Assembly (NCBI GenBank): GCA_963771075.1
Contig: CAVYSE010000018.1
Coordinates: forward strand, 220,558-284,557
Length of the DNA stretch: 64,000 nucleotides
Source of the DNA: a candidate division FCPU426 bacterium
Lineage (GTDB): Bacteria; Oederibacteriota; Muellerivitia; Muellerivitales; Muellerivitaceae
Direction: 5' to 3'
The notes beneath the pieces are model-generated. The model was not told where the DNA came from. It was given only the letters and a program-made list of their open reading frames with translations, and made no database searches. This document shows positions 16,467-25,940 of the stretch, piece by piece. The position numbers were made by a program, and so were the translations under genes. Every line of letters begins with the position of its first letter. Position 1 is the stretch's first letter.

Positions 16467-19400
16467 ATGACTTCAGCCGCGCCCAGCCAGCCGCAGGTCG
16501 AAACTCCCGTCCCGCCGGATATCCGAATCTTCCAAATAGGGGACTTGTTCGTTCCCGATTGGAACCCCAGGAAAACCATCATCCCGTGGGATTTGGCCAA
16601 CCTGGTCGCCTTTATGAATTCGGGCGGGAAACCGCCCCGGATCACCGTTTGGAAAGGGGAAGATAAACTCTCTCGGGCCGAGGCCACAAGCCAAGGCCCA
16701 GGGTTGAGAAGTGCCGGTTCCATAGGGGAAGAACAGGCCTCTCGGGCCGAGGCCACAAGCCAAGGCCCAGGGTTGAGAAGTGCCGGTTCCATAGGGGAAG
16801 AACAGGCCTCTCGGGCCGAGGCCACAAGCCAAGGCCCAGGGTTGAGAAGTGCCGGTTCCATAGGGGAAGAACAGGCCTCTCGGGCCGAGGCCACAAGCCA
16901 AGGCCCAGGGTTGAGAAGTGCCGGTTCCAAAGGGGAACCGGCCCAATGGGCAATTATCGAAGGCCAAATGCGTTTACTGGCCGCCCAACAGCTGGGCTGG
17001 ACCCACATGGAAGCCGAGGTGGTGGATTGCACCCTGATCGATGCCAAGACCAGGGCCTTTACCTCGAACAACCAAAATAAGCCCTTATGGCTCGATACGG
17101 ATCTGGGCATTACGATGCTTTTTTACGAATTAAAGAACCAGGGTGTCACCCAAGAGGCTTTGGCAGGTAGGTTGGGTAGGTCAGAATCCAAGGTTAGCAG
17201 GGCTATAAAGATCACAAATGCCCTCACTCAAGTTTCCAAAGACCTAATCTACCAAAATCTTCAAAAAACCCTTAAAAATGGAGTTGCGCCTCGCAAGTCG
17301 AAAAATAAGGGTTTTTTGATTACCGAAAACCACCTATTGGCTTTGGCCGATTTGGAGGACCCTGCCAAGGTTGAAAAGGCCCTCGGGGTGGTTTTGGATG
17401 ACTACCTGACTGAGGCCCAAACCAAAAACCTTATCAAAAAGATCAAGGCGGGGAATACACCGGTAACCATTGACTCCGATAAGCCGGTAAAAATCGCCGT
17501 TGAAACCCCCAAGGCCGATGTGGGGGTACCCAAGGTAGATTCCCCAGCCCAAACGGCCAATTCCCCATCGGAGCTGGCGCCGTTACCCGTTGATCCTTCG
17601 GACCAAGGGCTTCAACATGCCCCTGACCCGAGGTCTCAAACCGAAGGACACGGTTTGGGTGTACCCACCCCTAAACAAGGGATGGGTACAGGTTCGGCCC
17701 AGCCCGCCCCCGAAGTTACCCCCCAAAACCCTTCCGCCGAAGGTAGTGACTCTACTCCTCTTATAAAAACCCCAGAAGAGAAGGATAAAGAAGATGTCCA
17801 ACAAGCGCCCCCCACCCCTCCAAAATCCGGCTTCTGGAATGCCCTGAAACAAGTCTGGCAGGGCTTTGCCGGGGCAGGTCTTAAAGCCTTCTTTGCTTCT
17901 GGCCCGAAGCCAGCCGATTCCACTATGGAATCGGCACAGTCATACCAAGCCCCCAATGGGCTTGGTACAGCCCAACCTTCATCACCCGTTTTGAGAACGG
18001 GTGATGGGGCGAATCCCGGGCCTCAGCTTGGGGTTTCGGCCCAGACGCAAGCCAAGGCCATCGAATCGGGTGACCCAGTTTCTAAACAGACTGATGCCCC
18101 AGGATCTAAAACAAATCCTGGGGAAGTTTCATTCTTTTGGGGCACAATGGCTGGCATCCCCTGGATCAAGGCCATTCGGGCAAAGATCAAATCAGGGCAA
18201 GACCTCACCCTTTGGGAAAAGCTGTTTCTGGTGGCGGCCTTCTTTGGGCGGATCTTGCATTGGACCTGGCATAAGACATGGCCCCGGACCAAGTGGTTCT
18301 TCGGGTTGGTTTGGCAATACATGAAAATAGGCTTGAACGCCACCCTAAGGTTCTTGGGAGAAGTGGTGGGCAAGCCCGCCAAAAAAGTGATCCAGGGCGT
18401 GGTGGGTATCGTCTTGGTGTTGGGTCTCGCTTATGGGCTCTATCTATTCTTCTTCCACCCGGCGGGGCTAAGGGGCTTGTTGAGCCGGACCGCCTCCGGG
18501 GCAATCCATTGGGTAGGGTCTTGGGTAAACCCTTGGGAAGGGGATACGCACACCGATTCAACTAAGGAATCGGTGCAATCATACCAAGCCCCCAATGGGC
18601 TTGGTACAGCCCAACCTTCATCACCCGTTTTGAGAACGGGTAATGGGGCGAATCCCGGGACTCAGCTTGGGGCTTCGGCCCAGACGCAAGTTTCGAGACA
18701 AGCCTTGGCAGTACCCATATCTAAACCAGATATGGGTATGCCGGTGCCGACTGCGGTACCTACCGTAGTTCCCACGCCTGAGATTGTTAAAACTAAACAC
18801 CTAAAACTCAAAACTTCTAAATCTTTGAAAAAGGCCGTTCCGGCGGCTGTGGTTTCAAATCAAAACCCAACACCTAAAACCGAGAACACGGCCGCATCAT
18901 CGGCCCTACCCGGCGCACCCGCCACGGGGGAAGAGGCGGCGTGGGTGGCCGAGCTCATCCCCGCTTTTCACCCGCCCTTCCTGGTGAAGCCTTTGGATCT
19001 TCAGCCCGACCCAACCATTTCCCCCGTCATGGTCCAGAAAAGGCTTTCCGAAATCCAAGACCCCGAAAGGTTCCGTGTTTACGTGGGGCATGACCGCCAA
19101 ACGGTGAAATCCATGAACGTGGACGATGGCGGAATGGACCTATTCTTCAACGGCTCCTTCGGCGGGCTTTTGGGCGACTCATCCAGCTTTCGGTTCTTCT
19201 GGGAGGACGTGCAGGGCATCCGCCTGGCGACGGTGGAGGTTTCGGGCGACAAGCCGCAAACGCTCTGCTTTTGCGCGCTGGAAGTGAAGACCAAGAAAAA
19301 AATGGCGGCCTTCGAGTGCGATCCGGGGGACGTGGCCCATTTGGTGTCGGCCCTGGCGGCGCAGTTCAAAAGCTCCACGAAAAGGGAGGTATCGGTGGCG

Positions 19401-19766
19401 CCCCTGCCTTACCTGAACCAGGGTATGTGGCTGGGCGGGCAGAACCAGGTGGATGGGATGTGGTGGGAAAGCCCGGCGGGGCGGTCGCAAGAGGTGAAAC
19501 TGCGCTTTACCCCGGCGGACTGGCAAAGGCCTACGACCGGCGGCGGAATCCGCCTGGGGGATTACCTTTGGAGCCTGGGCGTGAACCAGGATAACCAAAC
19601 CGGGAAGGATGAATTTCTCAGGCAGTTGGGCGGAATGGCCTCGGGACCGGCGACCCTATTCGTGGTGGGCCCGGAGGATTGGCGCAAGGCCCGGAATGCC
19701 GAGACCGGCCCCGAAAACGATCCATTCAATCCTCCCCGCAGGGCGGTGCGGCTGGCGGCGCCGTGA
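16467..19766 (+). CDS. ParB-like N-terminal domain + HTH + disordered region + TM + C-terminal domains
   Basis: WNPRK, IIEGQMRLLAA, TQEALAGRLGRSESKVSR; TM VVGIVLVLGLAYGLYLFFF; GGAGG RBS before ATG 16467. Confidence 0.75.
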   Translation: MTSAAPSQPQVETPVPPDIRIFQIGDLFVPDWNPRKTIIPWDLANLVAFMNSGGKPPRITVWKGEDKLSRAEATSQGPGLRSAGSIGEEQASRAEATSQGPGLRSAGSIGEEQASRAEATSQGPGLRSAGSIGEEQASRAEATSQGPGLRSAGSKGEPAQWAIIEGQMRLLAAQQLGWTHMEAEVVDCTLIDAKTRAFTSNNQNKPLWLDTDLGITMLFYELKNQGVTQEALAGRLGRSESKVSRAIKITNALTQVSKDLIYQNLQKTLKNGVAPRKSKNKGFLITENHLLALADLEDPAKVEKALGVVLDDYLTEAQTKNLIKKIKAGNTPVTIDSDKPVKIAVETPKADVGVPKVDSPAQTANSPSELAPLPVDPSDQGLQHAPDPRSQTEGHGLGVPTPKQGMGTGSAQPAPEVTPQNPSAEGSDSTPLIKTPEEKDKEDVQQAPPTPPKSGFWNALKQVWQGFAGAGLKAFFASGPKPADSTMESAQSYQAPNGLGTAQPSSPVLRTGDGANPGPQLGVSAQTQAKAIESGDPVSKQTDAPGSKTNPGEVSFFWGTMAGIPWIKAIRAKIKSGQDLTLWEKLFLVAAFFGRILHWTWHKTWPRTKWFFGLVWQYMKIGLNATLRFLGEVVGKPAKKVIQGVVGIVLVLGLAYGLYLFFFHPAGLRGLLSRTASGAIHWVGSWVNPWEGDTHTDSTKESVQSYQAPNGLGTAQPSSPVLRTGNGANPGTQLGASAQTQVSRQALAVPISKPDMGMPVPTAVPTVVPTPEIVKTKHLKLKTSKSLKKAVPAAVVSNQNPTPKTENTAASSALPGAPATGEEAAWVAELIPAFHPPFLVKPLDLQPDPTISPVMVQKRLSEIQDPERFRVYVGHDRQTVKSMNVDDGGMDLFFNGSFGGLLGDSSSFRFFWEDVQGIRLATVEVSGDKPQTLCFCALEVKTKKKMAAFECDPGDVAHLVSALAAQFKSSTKREVSVAPLPYLNQGMWLGGQNQVDGMWWESPAGRSQEVKLRFTPADWQRPTTGGGIRLGDYLWSLGVNQDNQTGKDEFLRQLGGMASGPATLFVVGPEDWRKARNAETGPENDPFNPPRRAVRLAAP
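16653..16937 (+). repeat. 4 x 69-bp in-frame tandem repeat
   Basis: Units start at 16671, 16740, 16809 and 16878 (SRAEATSQGPGLRSAGSIGEEQA); AAAGGGGAA at both boundaries. Confidence 0.97.
17914..18690 (+). repeat. Two 138-bp palindrome-rich in-frame repeats (17914-18051, 18553-18690)
   Basis: Near-identical DNA with internal hairpins CCGATTC/GAATCGG, TACCAAGCCC/GGGCTTGGTA and CATCACCCGTT/AACGGGTGATG. Confidence 0.92.
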
Positions 19767-19817
19767 GGGAGGCGGCGGCCTGGAATAGAACGATAAACGA
19801 ACGGTGATAAATTTTTG

Positions 19818-20118
19818 AATGCTTATCCGAACAGCGCCCGCTAGTTACGCGAAAACGGCTTTTCAATATTCCCCCCTTCCCCCATGCCCCATTGGAAAGA
19901 ATGACATGGGGCATGGGGACGTCCCCATTTACATTTTTTAATACTTAATGGTGAAATGGGGGTGAAAAGGGGGGAAGGGGGGTATTAGCCGTTACGGTGG
20001 AATTGGCGGAAAAGCTAACTCCCCCTTTTTCCCCCTCTTTCAGAGGGGGAGAACAGTGTATGGCCTGCGGATGAATACAAAAGTCCATTAACCAACGGGC
20101 GCTGTTCGGATAAGCATG
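19818..20118. mobile_element. MITE of the IS1595 family (ISSod11-type ends)
   Basis: IRs 19819-19847 and 20089-20117 match 27/29; ends fit nnnGCnTATC; 8-bp target duplication AATTTTTG at 19810-19817 and 20119-20126. Confidence 0.8.
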
Positions 20119-20256
20119 AATTTTTGAAATTGACTGAAAAACAGGATTTTGCGGATTTTCCCTTTTTATCCCCCTTGCGACTCTATGCTAAAATTCCATG
20201 CTTTTATTTGAGAAACAAAAGCCGCTTATTTGAAATGAACGGGGAGCGAATCCGGT

Positions 20257-21603
20257 TTGAAAGCTATGAATATGAAAATCCGAACGCTATATATTTCCCT
20301 CGCTCTTTCGGGGATCTTATTCAATCCCCATCAGGTTCAAGGCCAAGAAACCCGCGCCCTCGAGGATGTCTTTCCCATTATTTCCCCTTCCTATAACCTG
20401 CCCGGAAGTGATGATACCCGTTTCCAACATTTGAACTTCAGGTTTGGGTGGACCGACAAAGCCCCCTTTCAAATCGCGGTTCAAATCTCAAACCCGACCT
20501 ATGGGGATCAAAAGATCAAATTCGCCGTAAAAGACCTAACCACATCCCAATCCGTTTTATTGGATCCGGACCACAACGCGTATTTTATCAACGAAACCCT
20601 GCGGCCGAATTCGGAGGGGAACATTTGGTCGGGGGAAGTTAAAAGCCTGTCGGATGAATTCGCGTTAAAGGTTTGGGACGCTAATGGCGATTCGTTCCAG
20701 AAAGACCCCATTACGATTTTAAACGAATGGACGGACCCAACCCGCTTCCTCAAGTCGCGTCACTCCAAGAAACCCGGGGCGACGCCAACCCCCAAGGGGG
20801 ATAGGCCCGCCGAATCCGTAGGCCGAACCACCCAGCCCATGGCTCCTGACAATATCACGCCGCCCGGGAACACTGCCACGCCCACCCTCACCCTTACGGC
20901 GACCCCCTGCCAAACTCCCGCCCCTTTTTTCAAATGCGCTTTGTCGCTTCTGGGGGATTCTTATACGGGTTATGGCGGAACGAGCCCGGACGATAAAAGC
21001 TATAGGAGCCTGACCATCCAAACGATGCAAAGATGGTATCCCGGGGTGGAATGCAATATCGGTACGGAGTTCATTCGGGAGGGAGCCGAACCCGGGAGCT
21101 GGGCGAATGAAATAGGCCTTCGGTTGGATCAATTGATCCAAAACAATAAAAACCTTCCGATCGCTTACATGGTATTTCAAACGGGTAACAGCTGTTTTTA
21201 TTACGCGCCGGATCCGGGCCATGACGGCTGCAAAGGGGCTTCCGTCTCCCAAGGCGTTTCTATTTCATATATATATAAAGAGAATATGGATAAAGTGATC
21301 AGGACCCTATATTCCAAATTGCCCAATGTCCATTTGGTGGTGCTGGACATCGCGGATACGTCCGGGGGGGCGGGCCATTTTGCTCCCCCGGAAGTATATG
21401 AGGCGTACCGGCAACGGCTTTTTGAGCTGAAAACCAAGTATCCGCGGATGAGAATCGCCGATATTTATAAGGCGATCGGCGACCATAGCGAGTATTTTAA
21501 CCATAATCCAACGCTTGATAAGGAACACCCGAATGAAGCGGGGTTTGCCATTTACGCAAGATGTGTTTTGGACCAGTTTGCCAATTGGCCTTTCAAGCCG
21601 TAG
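20257..21603 (+). CDS. Secreted SGNH/GDSL hydrolase-domain protein
   Basis: Signal peptide, Pro/Thr linker, LLGDS block I, DKEHP block V. Confidence 0.8.
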   Translation: MKAMNMKIRTLYISLALSGILFNPHQVQGQETRALEDVFPIISPSYNLPGSDDTRFQHLNFRFGWTDKAPFQIAVQISNPTYGDQKIKFAVKDLTTSQSVLLDPDHNAYFINETLRPNSEGNIWSGEVKSLSDEFALKVWDANGDSFQKDPITILNEWTDPTRFLKSRHSKKPGATPTPKGDRPAESVGRTTQPMAPDNITPPGNTATPTLTLTATPCQTPAPFFKCALSLLGDSYTGYGGTSPDDKSYRSLTIQTMQRWYPGVECNIGTEFIREGAEPGSWANEIGLRLDQLIQNNKNLPIAYMVFQTGNSCFYYAPDPGHDGCKGASVSQGVSISYIYKENMDKVIRTLYSKLPNVHLVVLDIADTSGGAGHFAPPEVYEAYRQRLFELKTKYPRMRIADIYKAIGDHSEYFNHNPTLDKEHPNEAGFAIYARCVLDQFANWPFKP

Positions 21604-21678
21604 AGATAAATTTCGCGGTGATTGGGCCTTGAATGAATCAAATTCGCCTGGGCTTGGGACGGAAAGAGGATCGAAGCG

Positions 21679-22815
21679 ATGACTAACGACCTTTTGGATC
21701 TTTTAGGTCAGTTTTACCAGAAGGGACGCTTGAGCGTCCTGAAGCCGACACCCAAGGGCGGTTTTGAGGTGAACGCCACTTTTCTCCAGCACCTGTGCGG
21801 ACAAAAGTGCCTGGATATCCCCATACCGGCCGGTCCCGTTTTTTTCGCCCTGGGCTATCAACTGAGCTGGGTTTACGCTTCCTTCTTCAGGTTTTTCAAT
21901 CCCGAGGCCGTCGAGAACCATTGGTACGAGAACCCGGGCAACGCGGTCGCCCTCAACCAGGAAGCCCTGGATCTCTTGATCGCCTTCGCCGACCCCCAAA
22001 ATGACGACACCCTCCTGTTCGTGATGGTCGAGGTGATGGGAAATCCGCCCGGGAAGGAAGAGCCCCTGAAGGCCAAGATGAGGCGGCTGGACCTGATTTA
22101 TGAGACCTTTGACGGCATGGATGTGCTCAAAAAGATCAAACCTTATTTCGCCTTCTGGTCCGCGCAAGTTCCCGACGCCAAATGGATCAACCCCGGCATG
22201 GCCTTTTTAAAGCACTCGCTCGTGAACGGAAAACCCCTGCATATTCCCATGCCCCTGCCCGCCCATGAGCACGGCGGGTCCGCGAGGGTTGAAATCGACG
22301 AACGGGAAGGGCAAATGTGGCGTTACATGAGTAAGCCGGGGACGGGGTCCGCCCGGAGCCCGGAAGCGGTCAAGGTCTCCGAGTCCTTTTCGATCCCCGC
22401 GGCGGCCTCCCCGATGAAGGGCCCGAAAGGGCTGGAGGCCCTCAAGGCCATCCCCCTGATTCCGGTCACCGTGGAAAATGCCCAGGTCCCGGAGGCTTCC
22501 CCAACCGCCCCGGCACCCGCGCTTTCGGAGGCGGCGCCCGCCCCGGAAGAATCCCGCCCGATCCCGGCTTTACCCTTGTCCTCGGGGTATGAGGAGGTCC
22601 CGCCAACGCCGCCGCCCGCGGATATCCGGAAAACCTGCCCGGAATGCGCGGCCGAAAAACGGGGAAACCCAGCGCGTTTTGAACCGAGCCAGTCCTGGAT
22701 CCAGATCTTTTTCCACATCAAGGGGATCAAGCCCAACGGGCACGGGTGGGGCGATTTGGTGGGGGCTGAAAAAAGGGCCCGTGAAATCAAGGAAACGTTC
22801 GACCGGGGAGAGTGA
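21679..22815 (+). CDS. Hypothetical protein with Pro-rich linker and C-terminal CxxC
   Basis: 378-aa ORF, GAGGA RBS, GC3-biased codons. Confidence 0.7.
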   Translation: MTNDLLDLLGQFYQKGRLSVLKPTPKGGFEVNATFLQHLCGQKCLDIPIPAGPVFFALGYQLSWVYASFFRFFNPEAVENHWYENPGNAVALNQEALDLLIAFADPQNDDTLLFVMVEVMGNPPGKEEPLKAKMRRLDLIYETFDGMDVLKKIKPYFAFWSAQVPDAKWINPGMAFLKHSLVNGKPLHIPMPLPAHEHGGSARVEIDEREGQMWRYMSKPGTGSARSPEAVKVSESFSIPAAASPMKGPKGLEALKAIPLIPVTVENAQVPEASPTAPAPALSEAAPAPEESRPIPALPLSSGYEEVPPTPPPADIRKTCPECAAEKRGNPARFEPSQSWIQIFFHIKGIKPNGHGWGDLVGAEKRAREIKETFDRGE

Positions 22816-22842
22816 CGACCCGGGCCTCACCCTAGCCTCCTG

Positions 22843-23487
22843 CTAGGGGGAATCGGGGTGATGTTTGGAGGATCCCCCGAGAAAGTCCTTGAGCGTTCCA
22901 TCGGCACCGCAAGCATGGTAATTCCCGTCGGTCCATAACACCTGAAAGACGGGGGAAGAAACCCCGGATTGCCACCACCAGTAGCCCTTGAAAAAAGAAA
23001 GCCATCGTTTGGCTTTCGTATCCCGCCACCAGTACCTGCCGCCCTTCCAAAGCACCCAATGGAATTCATCCCCGGTGCGCCAGCCGTACCAATTCCGGCC
23101 GGCCCCGTGAAAGTGGCAATAGTTCCAGGCGTATAACCGGTGCCAGGTGTATCCCCCCTCGGTTTTTTCCTTGCGGTTGAGGATCTCAATATCCGCGTAA
23201 ACGTCGGGGTCCATCAGGTTTTGAATGGGCTGTCCCTGGGGGCAATGATCCAAATCGTTACGAACGGTGATAGGGCTCCCGTCGAAGTATCGCTTGGGCG
23301 CGCGGGGGGCTTTCCAATTGAGGCCGTCCGACATTTTGTCCTTTCCGGATAGAGCGGCCGGTTTGGCAATGTGGGTATCGGTTGCCGCCGGGGCCGACCA
23401 GTCTTGGGCGGATAGGGAGGAAGGGACCCATAAAAACAGGGAGAGAACCAGGAGGCTGGCTGGGTTCGACCGGAAGGCGTTTTTCAG
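22843..23487 (-). CDS. Secreted Trp-rich hypothetical protein (start uncertain)
   Basis: Signal-like LLVLSLFLWVPSSLSAQ directly after the GT39 gene stop; WYGW...YWW...YWWW region. Confidence 0.6.
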   Translation of the reverse strand: MKNAFRSNPASLLVLSLFLWVPSSLSAQDWSAPAATDTHIAKPAALSGKDKMSDGLNWKAPRAPKRYFDGSPITVRNDLDHCPQGQPIQNLMDPDVYADIEILNRKEKTEGGYTWHRLYAWNYCHFHGAGRNWYGWRTGDEFHWVLWKGGRYWWRDTKAKRWLSFFKGYWWWQSGVSSPVFQVLWTDGNYHACGADGTLKDFLGGSSKHHPDSP

Positions 23488-25703
23488 GAGGCGGCTCCCT
23501 TGGAATCGCTTTGACCTGCCGCGTCGGGGCGCAAGTCGTATAACATCGGCGCTCCCCGGCGTAAGCCGCCCCAACCTCCCGGGGCCGCTGGCTGCGCCGG
23601 TAAGACCCCACCCCAAAGCTTGGGATCCACCGGTACACCGTTTTCGCGAACCCATTGGGAGATCTGCGCCTGGTAACCGCCCCGGTTCCCGAACATCGCG
23701 GGAAAGTTTGGCCGGGGCGCGTTTGCCCCGTTTGTCCCGGCACCGAATGGGCCGCCGCCTCCTTGCAGGAGGAAATAACGCACCTGGCCTTCCTTCACCA
23801 TTTCGGCAAATTCATTCGCGGTCACGATCGGGTCCCCGCCCATGAAGCCGCCCAAAGCGATGGCGCTCATGCCGGTTTGAATGATCAAAGGCGCCACGGC
23901 CTGGCTGTTTTGGGCCGCGACCAGGTATTTTTCGCTTCCGTGGTGGCCCATCAAAAAATCCGCCAAGCGCTGGGTGTTCAAGCGATTGGGTTCCCCCCCT
24001 CCCCGGCCGAACATTCCATTGTTGTTATTTTCATCGCCCATCATCAACTCGGGATTGGCTTCCACCGACCTTCCGCTTCCCAAGACCGGGGAAAGGGCCC
24101 AAACCGCGGGGCAGAAGAAGAGGCTTACGACCGCGGCTCCCAGGAACAGCCTGGTTCCGTTGCCCGGCTTGGTGTCGGTGCGCGTGGCCAAGCCGACCGC
24201 CGCGACCGAAATGCCCAGGAGCAGGATGGGAAGCAGGAACAGGGCCCAATCGGGGAACTGGGCCACGATAAAGGCCTGCCAGGCCGCGCTTAATAATAGG
24301 ACAAGGGGAAAAAGATTCCGGTTTCCCGATTTAAACTCGACCCAAAGGGCCCGGATGCCGATACCCGAGAGCGCGGCGAAAGGGGGAACCATCAGGACCA
24401 GGTAGTAAAGGTGCGGGGAACCTTGCATGAAACTAAAGACCCCCCAATACATGAACAGCCATCCGGCCCAAAGGAGCAAATGCTGCCTCACCGGGGGCAG
24501 GGGAAGGAGGGTGGGCGCGGGACGCCATGCGATGAAAAACCCGACCAGGGCGAGTGGAAAAAACCAGGCCATCTGGCCGGCCATGTTCCGATCGGTCAAC
24601 CGCAAGGGGCCTGGCTGGCCTGAACCCATGAAGCCGCCTGCGCCGCGTCCACCCCGGCCCCTTCCACCGTTGGGCCTGTTCAAGGGCTGGTGACTCAATG
24701 GCCCTTGGGCCGCATCCGCTGTTTGAGCCGGATTGGCGCGGGCGGCATGATCCGAGGGGAGCGGGGAATCCGGGTTCGAGGGGGCCGCGGTGGGGGGTGT
24801 CGCGGGCCTCTGCCCCCTGGGAAAGGGTCCGCGGTTTCCCCGTAGGATCCGTTGGAACCCGTTCCAGCCGAGCGAAAGGCTGACCATGGAATTATCCGGG
24901 GTGCTTCCCACATAGGGGCGCTGTTCGGGAGGGGTCAGGTCCACCGTCATCGGCCATGAAAGTGAAACGACCGCCAGGATCAGGGTGCCATAGGCCAGGT
25001 GGGCCAGTTTTTTCCACCAGGTCGCGGGCGCGCCCGCCAAGTAAACCAGGTAAAAAGCGGGGAGCACCACGAAGGCCGCCATCATTTTGGTATTGAACGC
25101 GACGCCGGCCAGGGCCATGGACAGCAACAAAAGCCACCGGTTGGCCGTTTCAGTGGCGCGAACCAGCGCCCAGGCCGAGCAAAGAAGGACCAGCACCAGG
25201 CAGGCATCCACGTTATTGTAACGGTCCACCGCGACGGAGATGGGTGAGAGGGCCATGACCGCAGCGGCGAAGAGGGCCGCCCAGGCGTCGAACCGGCGCC
25301 GGACCAATGCCCAGACCAGGGCCATCGAGGCGAGGCCTTCCAGCACTTGGGGGAGGATCAAGCTGAATCCCTTGAAGCCGAATAGGTAGGCACTGAGGGC
25401 TTGAGCCCAGAGCGCCACGGGAGGTTTATCCACCGTGACCCAGCCCAAGGGATCGAAAGAAACGAAGAAAAAATTATGCCAGCTCATCAACATGCTGCGG
25501 ACCGCTGAGGCGTAATAGGGATTGCCAAATTCGTTTTGGCCGAGGTTCCATAATCGGAAACAGGCCCCCAGCACAAGGAGGACGGTGAGAAGGGACTTCT
25601 CCCAAGGTTGGGTGGAGTCCCGCGATAGGGTTGCGGGTTGGGGCTGGGAACCTGAAGACTTGGAGGATGAACCCGGGTATTTTTGAGGGCGATTGAGTGC
25701 CAT
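23484..25703 (-). CDS. ArnT/PMT-family (GT39, YkcB-like) membrane glycosyltransferase
   Basis: YYASAV, VDKPPVALW, FNTKM, LGGFMGGDP motifs; many TM helices. Confidence 0.92.
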   Translation of the reverse strand: MALNRPQKYPGSSSKSSGSQPQPATLSRDSTQPWEKSLLTVLLVLGACFRLWNLGQNEFGNPYYASAVRSMLMSWHNFFFVSFDPLGWVTVDKPPVALWAQALSAYLFGFKGFSLILPQVLEGLASMALVWALVRRRFDAWAALFAAAVMALSPISVAVDRYNNVDACLVLVLLCSAWALVRATETANRWLLLLSMALAGVAFNTKMMAAFVVLPAFYLVYLAGAPATWWKKLAHLAYGTLILAVVSLSWPMTVDLTPPEQRPYVGSTPDNSMVSLSLGWNGFQRILRGNRGPFPRGQRPATPPTAAPSNPDSPLPSDHAARANPAQTADAAQGPLSHQPLNRPNGGRGRGGRGAGGFMGSGQPGPLRLTDRNMAGQMAWFFPLALVGFFIAWRPAPTLLPLPPVRQHLLLWAGWLFMYWGVFSFMQGSPHLYYLVLMVPPFAALSGIGIRALWVEFKSGNRNLFPLVLLLSAAWQAFIVAQFPDWALFLLPILLLGISVAAVGLATRTDTKPGNGTRLFLGAAVVSLFFCPAVWALSPVLGSGRSVEANPELMMGDENNNNGMFGRGGGEPNRLNTQRLADFLMGHHGSEKYLVAAQNSQAVAPLIIQTGMSAIALGGFMGGDPIVTANEFAEMVKEGQVRYFLLQGGGGPFGAGTNGANAPRPNFPAMFGNRGGYQAQISQWVRENGVPVDPKLWGGVLPAQPAAPGGWGGLRRGAPMLYDLRPDAAGQSDSKGAAS

Positions 25704-25940
25704 GGAATTCCTTGATTTTAGCTATGAATTAAGGGTTTTTGAGAGTGCGGGAGCTATTCAAAAACATCTTTGGACGCTTCTTTTGGACGTTTCATATAAA
25801 GGAGAAGGGCCGTGCGGGGTTTTTGAAACCATGAATTAACCCCATGGGGGGCGGGTCTCGTCTAAAATCATTAAACCCCAATTGGGGGGAAGATGAAAGG
25901 GCCGTTCGGCCCGACATACCTTTGAAAAGTTGGAGGAAAA

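Noticed and set aside
16671..16937. CRISPR array
   Set aside because: Units are contiguous and near-identical with no unique spacers, lie in frame within a CDS, and no cas genes are present.
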